Shown here: positions 11,901 through 22,600 of the stretch, in pieces
Layout of the letters: each line of letters starts with the position of its first letter
How positions within the stretch are numbered: the stretch's first letter is position 1
From: Paraspadella gotoi
Lineage: Eukaryota > Animalia > Chaetognatha
DNA length: 64,000 nucleotides
Assembly (NCBI GenBank): GCA_051294375.1
Contig: CM119271.1
Coordinates: 10,543,376-10,607,375 of the forward strand
Reading direction: 5' to 3'
Program-made: the position numbers and the translations under genes
Notes under the pieces: model-generated
Seen by the model: only the letters and a program-made list of their open reading frames with translations
Database searches by the model: none
Told to the model about the DNA's origin: nothing

Positions 11901-14847
11901 CCATTTCCTCAACCGACTTCTCAATCGCGTCTCCAAACTTCAAAAGGTCAACGACCTCGATCCCTCTCCACGCCCCGCATCTCACTGACGCCGCAACGCC
12001 GACCCTCACTCGACGCCGTCTCAATTCCGGCGCCGTTCGATCTCGCAGAAAAGGACGCCGCTTCGTCAGAGTCCGTCGCCGGCGAGAAAGTTGACGACGC
12101 CGAGATCGAGGCAGAGATGGCGCCGATGTNNNNNNNNNNNNNNNNNNNNNNNNNNNNNNNNNNNNNNNNNNNNNNNNNNNNNNNNNNNNNNNNNNNNNNN
12201 NNNNNNNNNNNNNNNNNNNNNNNNNNNNNNNNNNNNNNNNNNNNNNNNNNNNNNNNNNNNNNNNNNNNNNNNNNNNNNNNNNNNNNNNNNNNNNNNNNNN
12301 NNNNNNNNNNNNNNNNNNNNNNNNNNNNNNNNNNNNNNNNNNNNNNNNNNNNNNNNNNNNNNNCATTTATATTTGTTGTTTAGTTAAATTATTAGAAAAA
12401 ATACATTAGAAAATATATAACCATACATAGTAACCGTTATAATTTTCTACAAATTGTTCGTGAAATGTTTGTTACTATTTTCGTTTTTCATAGAGCTCTT
12501 AGAGATCTAGCATCTTCAATATCTTATAAACAAATATTATCTTTTAAATATCAATTAAAATTTAAATTCCTTCCAGATCGAATCCGCGTCAAAACAAAAT
12601 GGCGACGGCAACTTGGTCGTCACCCGTCACCGTCTCAACGTCCTGACGCCGCCCGCGCAAAAAACCGCCGCCGGCGCCAAGCGTCTTTCCGATCCATTAG
12701 CTTCGAAGCGACTCACCGATGCCAGGAGCCAACCCGGCAACCTGCAACGCGTCGGCCGCAACTTTCACAGCATGCAGCAACTCGGCGCCAAGCCGTCGTC
12801 TAAAGGCTCCGGCACCGAGAAACGGCTCGGCGTCCCGCCGTCTAATCGGCCATCTTCCGGCGTCAAGTCGGAAACGGAGCCGAGAAAATCCCTCCGAGCG
12901 GCCGCGATGCATTCTGGAATGTCGATGCCTAAAAATCCTCTGAGAAAAACGCAAAGTTTGATGCAGATCAGTCCCGAGGCCAAGACGACGACGACGCCGT
13001 CGCAAGCCTCGGTTCCATCCGCGCGCGCCATGCGGCGTCATTCCTTGACGCCGACGCTAAGCGCGCCGGAGCAGCGGTCGACGGGGACGATGAGGAAGGC
13101 GCCGAGCATGACGACAATCCTCGAACGTCCCTCGAATCTCTCGTCGACGCCGAAGCGACCTGTAGCGAGTCGGACGCCTTTGGGTCAAAGTCGGAACGCA
13201 GGAGCGAAGCAGACGATGGCGGCGAATGCAGCAGCAACAGCGTCAGCGACAGGACGATCTCCCGCCGGATCGAATCGTCACGTGGCATCAAAGGAGACGA
13301 GAGCAACGACATCTCGCGTCTTCAAGTCTGTTCCGCCACGAACATCCGTCACAGCGCCAAAACTCTCTCCGTCGGCGAAACCCCTCGATCTCTCGACGCT
13401 ACAGCGCAGTGCGCCTCGTCCTGCGGCGCGGCGATCGGCTCCGGGAGGTGGCGCCGTGGAATCGAAGGCGAAAGTCGCCGGCGCATCTCGGTCTGCCTCG
13501 ATGGCGAATCTAGCGACGCCCTCTTCTTCCTCCTCCTCCTCCAACGTCGCCCGTCGTTCCACCAAAGTCGGCGTCTCCGCCTCCACGCCGGCCAAACCGA
13601 CGCCGTCTCGCGTCAACCGGCGACCCGCCAACTCCTCGTCGACGGCCAAGACGGAGCGCAACGCCAAGACCGTCTCCTGCCTCCTCGAGCGCGTCAAGGA
13701 GATCCCCGACCCGAACGATCTCAAAGAGCACGCCGAGCTGCAGCTCTTCGAGAAGATGGAGATGTTCTTCCTGGAGGACGAAGGGATCGTCCGCGAGGGG
13801 GCGCCGTCGACCGATTCGAGGTCTTCCCCGGCGTCGTCGTCTTCGTCTTCGAAAAGGGCGCCGGTCGCCAACTCGGTCGATTCGGGGTTGGAGATTCTGG
13901 ACGACGCGCCCGGAGAGAGAAGGAGGATTTCGTCCGTCCATTCGCAGGAGACCAATTCCATTTCCGGTGAGAATTTTTGGCGGGAAGATTTGGGGATTTA
14001 GATTTAGATATTTCTCTCTCTCTCTTTTATTCTCTTTTTCTATGATTTGGGATTGACATTTAAATATATCTTTCTCGCTCTCTTTCTCTGTATCTCTCAT
14101 TCTTTTTATCCCTCTTTCTGTTTCTTTCTCTCTCTCTCTCTCTCTCTGACTCTCTCTCTCTCTAACTCAAATAAACAATCCAATGACAATATAAACCTTT
14201 ATAATATTAATTTTAGGAAAAACAGTTTTAATGTGGCAACGAATTTTATTGACAAGTAAGTCGGACATGTTTCGACTCTTATAGAGTTAGAGTCTTCATC
14301 AGCAAATATTAATTTTAAAATATATTGTCAAGAAAAAAATATATTCCTTCAATCAAAAAGTATATAAACGAACTTTTATCCATTCCCCACAGGCTCTTCC
14401 GCTTCCTCCTCCTCCTCCTCCACTTCCCCACCACGCGATCACCCTTCCTCCCCCAAACCCCTCCGCCCTCGACGGGCCAATCTCCCCGCCGAGCTCTCCT
14501 CTCCTCCTTCCAGAATCCCAAAGCCGCTGGGTTCCCCCAGCGCCGCAGTCGCCGGCGCCGGCGCCGTCCGGTCCTCCAGTCTCGACGAGGCCGACGCCAA
14601 GCGGAACGTCGAAGTCTGGGTGTCCAGCGTGCCCAAGTCCGATCCGGCGACGCCGTTTCAGACGCGCAGGAAGATCGTCGGCGACGCGGCGTCGACAGCG
14701 GCGGCTGCGGCGGCGTTGCCAGGCGACTTTTCCGAAATCTATCTCCGCTGCGTGTCTTCCGTCCGGTCGCGCCGATTGAGACGCGTCAATTCGGCGCCGG
14801 ACGTCAACGAAGATTTCGCGCAAAACACTTCCCGATTGTACATTTGA
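2035..14847 (+). CDS. GAS2L: GAS2-like protein (calponin-homology + GAR domain, long S/P/R-rich tail with SxIP); 5' exons missing from window
   Basis: Phase-compatible GT-AG exons ~2035-2491 (…[10 protein letters not shown]), 3195-3326 ([46 protein letters not shown] domain C-half), 5010-5225 ([25 protein letters not shown]), 10126-10236 ([19 protein letters not shown]…IIFVR), 10585-10714 ([32 protein letters not shown] signature), 11947-~12129 (runs into gap), 12577-13966, 14393-14847 (PPSRIPKP, stop TGA). Confidence 0.92.
4173..4295 (+). mobile_element. Dispersed repeat, DINE/Helentron-like (second copy ~26748-26908)
   Basis: AGGCGGCGC.AG.AGTCACTTAGATTTGA…TTTTAACAAATGAGCAAC.AACTATAGG.GAGTTAT followed by GACGGACAGAC/CCGACCGAC microsatellite in both copies. 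Family assignment is inference from the GAC-microsatellite architecture. Confidence 0.6.
5993..6070 (+). mobile_element. Dispersed ~130-bp intronic repeat family A (copies 5993-6070 +, 16247-16367 +, 18087-18195 +, 24440-24562 -, 48150-48280 +)
   Basis: Shared ATGAAATTGGTACAACCAATATAA.AATTATCCATTCATTTAATAAATAAGCTATCTTGCCCCTGACTTTGGACAGGCTTT…CCTCCATCACT…ACAAGATAATGAC in five places, both strands. Confidence 0.85.
8103..8178 (-). ncRNA. Twister ribozyme-like motif, P5-type permutation (LTR-borne)
   Basis: Minus strand AGCAGU UAAGAGG GA CGG GGCACU U^AA UCC GC CUGUAAC ACGGU GUUACUG CAUGA UCCC AAGC UCAGG G ACUGCU: closing P5 stem AGCAGU/ACUGCU, conserved GA, U^AA site, GC...AAGC pseudoknot, UCCCAAGC loop as in characterised twisters; some mismatches in this copy. 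Confidence 0.7.
8180..8249 (-). other. tRNA-like cassette inside LTR (degenerate, Pol III A/B-box-like)
   Basis: Minus GCAGCCATTGGTGCGG…AAAGGTCCGGGGTTCTAGCTCGATGGTCGCC; homologous to 23404-23475. Confidence 0.55.
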
Positions 14848-15871
14848 GAGGCTACCTCTTTTTCTTTGATTTTACCGATCTGTTTCTTTGATTTTTTTTT
14901 TTTTTTTTTGCCACGCAATCGTTTGTTCTTTCGTTGATTATATAAATTATTGGGTAATTATTTAAGTCGCTTTATTGTACGGTTAATTGAACGGTTAGTT
15001 TAGGCGATTGGTGACTGGAAAATAGATATACATTCTTATTGATATTGCGAATTTTTGTTTTCTACGAAGAAATCTAATATCTTTTGTTTTCAAACTTAAA
15101 TGTGTTTCCGCTATCGTTTATGCCCTGAAGATGTCGCTTTGATTAGATCTCGATTAAATAAAACAAAATTCAATCCCTTAACTGTAGTTTCATTACACGT
15201 TATTTTACCATCAACCGAGGATTAGTTTCTCAAACGAAATGGAAACAAATAACCGGGTCGTTAGAAAAGGGATTACAGTCCGTATAACCTCGATATTTTG
15301 TTATATGTATGTTAAAAGAACTCGCTTTGTTCAATTGGTTCCAAAATTTATAATTTTCAACGAGCATACGCTTTAACCAGTCGTTATTCGATGTACTGAA
15401 TTAAAGAGAGAATCGATTAGGTCAGTATCGATCGATTTTTGCACTCATTTACAATGCGTTTGAAAATTGACGACACAACAAATCGGAAAGCGAATTAATC
15501 TTGGTAATCAAATATAAATTCAGAATGCAATTTTAACAGTAATTGGCTCAACTATACTCATATGCAGACGTGAAAATTTAAAATAGTTTCTCTAAAAAAA
15601 TCTACGGATATCGACTATCCATTTGCCTCGACCGCGCGCGAGGAAAAGATGAACGATGACAGATCCAAAGACGGACGGACCGACCGACCGACCGACCTTG
15701 AAACCAGATTTCACCTGGGGATTCATCTTTCTTATTCCAAAGCTTCGTCGCCGCGAGCCTTTCCCCCCCCCCTTCTCCCGGATTCGTGAGGCCTCGCACG
15801 TTCGTACTTCCTTCTTCTTCTTCCTCCTACTCCTCCTCTTCCGCGCACCATAGCGCAAAATTTCCCCGTTC

Positions 15872-15935
<64 letters not shown>

Positions 15936-16437
15936 CTCTCTCTTCTCCTTGCTCGGGGGGGGGCCGTTTCCTGGATCGACGGCCGGAAGTGGCAAGCGAT
16001 CCCATCGTTCTTCAACCTCTCGGAATCGCGATGATGTCTCAGGATCACGGAGTCACTCGTCGTCGATATAGGAGTCATTATAATATTTTTTTTTTTTTGT
16101 GGATGGAATCACGGGTTCCGGTGAATCGTTCAGGATGCGGAGGTTAATAATTATCAGTGGTAAGTAAAGTCGATGGTACAATTGTTATTAAAATATCATA
16201 TTTGAGTGTTTGGTCATTGATTCAAAATGATGGCGTTATGTTTCTTATGAAATTGGGTACAACCAATATAAAAAATTATCCATTCATTTAATAAATAAGC
16301 TATCTTGCCCCTGACTTTGGACGGCTTTTGTGGTGAAGGCCTCCATCACTTCTGTACAGATAATGATATGTAAAGATATGTAAGCTTAGTACTTTGGCAT
16401 TTAACATCAAACGTTCAACCCGCGCGATTCCCTTTTA

Positions 16438-16482
<45 letters not shown>

Positions 16483-16815
16483 GGAGAAGAGAGAGAGATG
16501 AGGAGAGGGAGAGTGAGAGGAGAGATTAGAGAAGAGAGGAACAAAGCTTAATTTCATAGTAATTTAAAACAAAAGTCTTAAAAACCTTCATCACCATTTA
16601 TTATGATATGTTTGTCTATTTGTAATAGAACTTCAGTTTATATTTATTTACATACTCAATGATCTTAATATTTTCGTTTCAAATGCCGGTAATAAATTAA
16701 TAAAAAACTATTAACATTGATTTTTTAATCGGGGATTTAAATCCTTCCAATTTTCAACATTATTTTCTTCCCTGTCATATGTAAAACCTTACTTCCACTT
16801 CATTTCCCCCCCTAT

Positions 16816-18952
16816 GTGATTTCATCGTCATTCCCATCCCTCCTGTCCTTCCGCCTCTCCTCGGCCAAAGGGCGGAACTTCTCTCTCTTCCTCCGTCTCT
16901 TCCTCATCTTCTTGGTCCTCGTGATCGTCGACGCTCAAAACCGGAACTCCCTCTCCAAGAGACGCAACGAGGAGGACGGTCGAGGCGAGAGCGGACGGCC
17001 CTTTAGCCGGAAGGCGCTGGGCGAGAGAGGGCGCGGGCAATCGCGCGGGAGGGGCAGGGNNNNNNNNNNNNNNNNNNNNNNNNNNNNNNNNNNNNNNNNN
17101 NNNNNNNNNNNNNNNNNNNNNNNNNNNNNNNNNNNNNNNNNNNNNNNNNNNNNNNNNNNNNNNNNNNNNNNNNNNNNNNNNNNNNNNNNNNNNNNNNNNN
17201 NNNNNNNNNNNNNNNNNNNNNNNNNNNNNNNNNNNNNNNNNNNNNNNNNNNNNAGGCGGACGGACAATGGGATAAATTTTAATTTCGCCGTCCGCGATTT
17301 TGGCGGCTTTTAAAAAACCATTTAAAAATACATATTTTTTTAAAAAATTTTAGAGATGAAACGAAAAAATCGTTGGAATAGCAATTTTTATTTTTATTAT
17401 TATTATCTACCTCTCAAAAAAATTTTTAAAAAATATTACTTAATTACCAAAACCCTAAACCCTGTTAACCCTAACCACCCCTAACTATTAACCACCCTTA
17501 ACCCTAACCCCTCCCTAACCCCGGTCGGCGTAAGTAAAAGTAAAAATATTATTATAAGTTTATTGAATAGTCTATTAAATAATGATTAAAAGTTTTTCCA
17601 TCTATACGTCTTGAGAAAAAAAAAAGGTTTTTCAAACATCTTTTTATCTATTGGCAACGAACCACAAATTCTACTCCATTGATTCACAAACCTATAACTC
17701 ACCCAATAACTAACCCTTTCCTCTTTCAGGCGGCAAATGACCGACTTTCTGATGGCGAGCATGAAGAACATCAACAGCAATCAGGCCAACGCCAAGACGG
17801 ATGGCTTCTACCTGCCGACCAGCATCACCAAGGCTTATCACTTCAACGCCGTCCAGGTCGTCCTAAAAAACTACACTCCCAAGGAGATCCTCGGACAGCT
17901 CTGCAATCTCGTCTTCAAGGAAGACGTCAACGCTTTGCTCGTCGTCAACAACAAGCCGCTCTCAGGGACGTCCGTGCCCACGCCGCAGTATTTGTCCAGG
18001 CTGGGTGAGGAGCGAGAGGGGGGCGGGGTGAGGGTTAGGGATTTTTTTTTTGTTACAACGATTTATATTTACGTATTTATTTATATATGAAATTGGTACA
18101 ACCAATATAAAAATTATCCATTCGTTTAATAAATAAGCTATCTTGCCCCTGACTTTTGACAGGCTTTGGTGGCCTCCATCACTTTTACAAGATAAACGTA
18201 AGAGTCGAAAAATATCCGAATTATGAAGGTTCGAATACAATGTCTAACTTATTAACCAAAAATGTAAAAATCCAATTTTAGCTGTTCTAAATTTTGTTTG
18301 CCTTTAATTAAAAAAAAAAAACATTACCGCCTTACATAGATCGCCTTCTACAACGTTAGTGACATCTTCAATTCTTTACATAAAGGTCCAATGCAAAACC
18401 AAATTATTATTCAACTTTTTTAAAAGCTCCGGTAAAAATTTGATAAAAAAAAAATTGTAGAAAAACAGATACAAAAAAATCTTGGAAAAACAATACTACA
18501 AAATGCAAATGAGATTGAAGGAAACAATTCTCCGAGAAACGAATCTACGACACAACCTGTCACTGGACAGTTGTCAGGATCGATGAGCTCGATCTTTCCG
18601 GCAGTTTAAAGATAATACTTTAAAAATAAAATAGTTATTAATGTAGTACATCTATTTTTTAATTTTTCAGCCAACCATTGGGTCTTTCCCATTCTCTCCT
18701 GGAATTCGGGAATCCCGGTTTGGGTCAGAAGAACTCGGATTCCCTGATGCTGCAATGGCGCCCTCCTTCGAGCATCAATGCCGCGCCATGCTTATAATAT
18801 TAGGTATTGTTAAAATAATCGCATGCTGATTAAACATTAGTAAACTTATTATTTTTTTTTTAACATTGTCTTAGATATTCCTATGACTGGTGCAAGTTTC
18901 GGTAATAACCTCTACTCTCCGGGCGGCCACGATAATTTTATCCAGGTGAGAG

Positions 18953-19023
<71 letters not shown>

Positions 19024-19599
19024 ATAGATAGATAGATAGATAGATAGATAGATTATACATGGACCTAGGTACCCTCTGCAAGAAGGACCTATATAAGGTA
19101 ACGATGGGTCCGTTCATTCATTGATCTCCGTTTTCTAATACAGAAAGCAACTTTTTTTTTAACTACACAGAAAAAAAATGTGTATCTACTAAAAATATTA
19201 GTATTCAGAAAAAGGAAAAAAAAATAGTAAACCACACAAATACTTGATTCTCAAGTAATTCCTAATGGCGTGCGACCAACAATGCTTCATCTTAAATAAC
19301 ACATAAGGCATTCCCTAATATCAGAGAGAGAGAGCAGAGAGAGAGAGAGGAGAGAGAGAGAGTAACAACTAACAACAATGGTTGGTTCTCAGGCCGTTCG
19401 CGCACGGTCGCCGAGAGAGACACAGAGAGAGAGAGAGAGAGAGAGGAGAGAGTAGAGAGAGATAACAAACAATGGTTGGTTCCCAGGCCGTTCGCACACG
19501 GTCGCCGAGAAAGAGAGAGAGAGAAGAGAGAGAGAGAAGATGAGAGTGAGAAGAGAGTAACAAACAATGGTTGGTTCCAGGCCGTTCGCAACACGGTCG

Positions 19600-19642
<43 letters not shown>

Positions 19643-22600
19643 ATAAAAGAATGTTGTGTTCCCAGGCCGTTCGCACACGGTCGCGAAGGTTCGCCGAATA
19701 CAGAATTGCGGCGAAGGATTTGACTTTTGTCGGCGAAAAGTATCGACGCGAACTTCGGATGCCAACATGGCGGAGATCAAGGTATCCTGTGTTAAACTCT
19801 TGCTTGGTTGTCTGCTTATTTGCTTGCTTTCTATCATTTCTTTACTGGTTTGCTTCTTTGGACTGGCTTATNNNNNNNNNNNNNNNNNNNNNNNNNTTTT
19901 CTCTCTTTTTTTCTTTTTCTTTTTTATTTTCTTGTTTGTATTCTACTTTCTTTCTTTTCTTTTTCTTTCTCTTCATATTTTCTTGGTAGATTTTAAGAAT
20001 AAAATTTTTGTGATTAGAAATTTAAGTCTTAATAAAGTTTAAAAAAATTTATAATATCATTAGGAAAGAGAAAACAGCAATGCCAATAGTAAAATCTATC
20101 CTTATAAATTTCCTTTGAAACCTGAATACGAATTGACAGAACCTAACTTAAGTTATTACGAAATTCAATTGTTTAATTTCCAGTCGGGTCTCAAGGAAGT
20201 CGACAAAGACACTCGCATCATTTTATTCTACGCGAGTCGAGAAGAAGCAGATCTCATCTTCAGAGCCGCAAATGAGCTCAATATGACCGGACGCGAACAT
20301 CTGTAAGACCCAAAAACTAGGCGGACATCCGTACTTCATCCTAAATGAATTAAAATAAACTAAATTTCTACGCAACTATGTATTAGCCTAATAAGTAGCT
20401 TGATACATAATTGTTTAACAGCTCAATTGTTTATATTATTTTTTCCATCTTTGTCGCCAGATGGATCGTGACTCAATCTATCATCAGCGAAGATGTGATA
20501 AGAGAAGAATACAAACCTCAATACATAATTCCCAAATCATTTCCCATCGGTAGGTTTACAATTTACTATGGTGGACTAAAAATCAACCAAACTGAAGAGA
20601 CAGTAATTATTGTTATGTGTTAGTGACAGAACCAGAGATGTGGAAGCGATCGATTTTTCCGCCGCTACCAATCCGGCGCTTCCAAGACCCTCCCGCTCCC
20701 GTTTTCGGGTGCAATCCTTACTTTTTTAGCCCGGATCGCTTTCGGTTTCGAGTGCACATCGCTTCCTTCCTTTAAAATTTTACATTTGTTACTATTTATA
20801 AAAATACTCTCTTTAGACATGTAATTCATTGGTAAAATAATTTTAAACAATCTTTTTGTTAACAAAATAACATGTTAAATTTTTTACTATGAAAAATTGT
20901 AAAATTTGTAAGATTGTAAGAATCGTTTGAGTGGAAATGAATTTAAATGAAAAAAAACAAAAAACCTTTTTCCCTATTTGCTTTTTTTCTTTTTATTAAA
21001 TATAAATACAAGCTGCATTAATTATTCAATTAATCAATTAATTAATCAATCAATCAACTAAACAAACTAAATCAAAATCATTTAAAAAATTAATGAATCA
21101 ATTTTTTTATCAATCAATCAATAATCAATTAATTTATCAATCAAACTAATTAATAAATTTATTTATCAATAAATTATTAAAAGAACCAATTAATTAATTA
21201 ATCAATTAATTAATCAATCAATTAAACAATGTCAGTGTTATCATTGTCATCTCCAACGTCGTTGTTGCTTTTGTCCTGGTCAATGACCTGACAAAAAGAC
21301 CTAAAAATTAACAAGGCCTGATATGAATTTATTTTATTTGATTCAATCAAATCATTCAATAATCATAATGGTGCTATCCTTGTTGTCATCATAATCATCA
21401 TCATGGTAGTCATTTCGTTTTGTTATAATGAAAAAACAAAAAACCAAACAAGTTTGAGCTAACAATGCCAGAACTGATCAGTTAATTAATTATTCAATCA
21501 ATTAATCAAATATTCAATCAATCAATCAAAAAATTAAGCAATCAATCAATTTGTCATCGTCGGTATTATCATTGTCGTGGTTGCCATCATTAATTATTTA
21601 ATTAATTAAACTCCTTTATCTTTGTTGTACATTTGAAAAAATGTATCCTATTATTTATTTATCCCTGTTGTTTTGTTTCTCTCTCTCTCTCTCACTCTCT
21701 CTCTCTCGTCTCTCTTAACAAGTTTCACTTCTTTTCAACAACTCACTCATTCTGCCCTTACCTTCAACTGTCCTCAGATCTGACCACTATTCTGTCTCAC
21801 CACTTTGTTGGAAAAACTTTTACCCTCTCTCTCTCTCTCATCTCTCTCTCTCTCTCACACTCTTCTTTTAACACAAATTTATTATTGAATATCATATGCT
21901 GATGAAGGCTTGAAGTAAACAAGCCGAAACATGTCCAACTATTAATTAAAAAATCGTTGTTACAAATTCAAAATTCTTTGCTTTCTTTAAATTAATAAAA
22001 ATTTTATAGAAAATTTGAGGCATGTTTTTTGTGATAAAGAAAACCTGGTATTATCAAAAACAGTAAAAAAGTAAAAATGATAAAAATAATAACAACAAGA
22101 ACTAGTAATTACATTGGCTGAGAAAAGGTCAGCCATAACAGGATTGGGTAAAAATAGGTTATTCTTATTGACCACTACTGTACTACGGCTCACAAAGTAC
22201 AAAAACTTCGTCGTCGTTTTCGTCCATTGTATTCATCGTCGTTGTTGTCTTTGTTCAAATCATTTGAGCTCCCAAATGTTTGATGTTATTATTTTAATTA
22301 ATTAATATGTAATTAATTAAAATAATTTATTTTTTTTAATTAATCAATTAATTACCGCTAATGATCGTGGGCAGATCCGGATTTGTTTGCTCAAACTTGT
22401 TTATTAATAATTTTAATTTATTTATTTTAATATATTTTTTTATTTGCTTTTTTGTTCAGTGCAAGAGGGGAAAAAAGAAATCTTTTTTTCAGCTCAGATT
22501 TTATTTGAATATATTAAAAAAAATAATTAAAAAAAATAAATATGTAATTTTTTTTTTATAGATTCTCGACCAAAGAGAAAAAGAGAATAAAAGAAAAAAA

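Noticed and set aside
12465-12803. Alternative frame for the large GAS2-like exon
   Set aside because: Stops early; the 12577-13966 frame stays open and splices in phase to the SxIP exon.
17450-17522. Telomere-like CCCTAA repeats (also 30190-30360)
   Set aside because: Short, degenerate and intronic; no evidence of chromosome end or fusion.
19323-19690. CRISPR-like regularly spaced repeats
   Set aside because: Eukaryotic context, spacers are (GA)n, repeat is a duplicated exon boundary, no cas genes.
20592-20632. CTGAAGA as hammerhead ribozyme core at the LTR edge
   Set aside because: No GAAA/stem III; the initial C is flank and absent in other copies (TTGAAGA, ATGAAGA).
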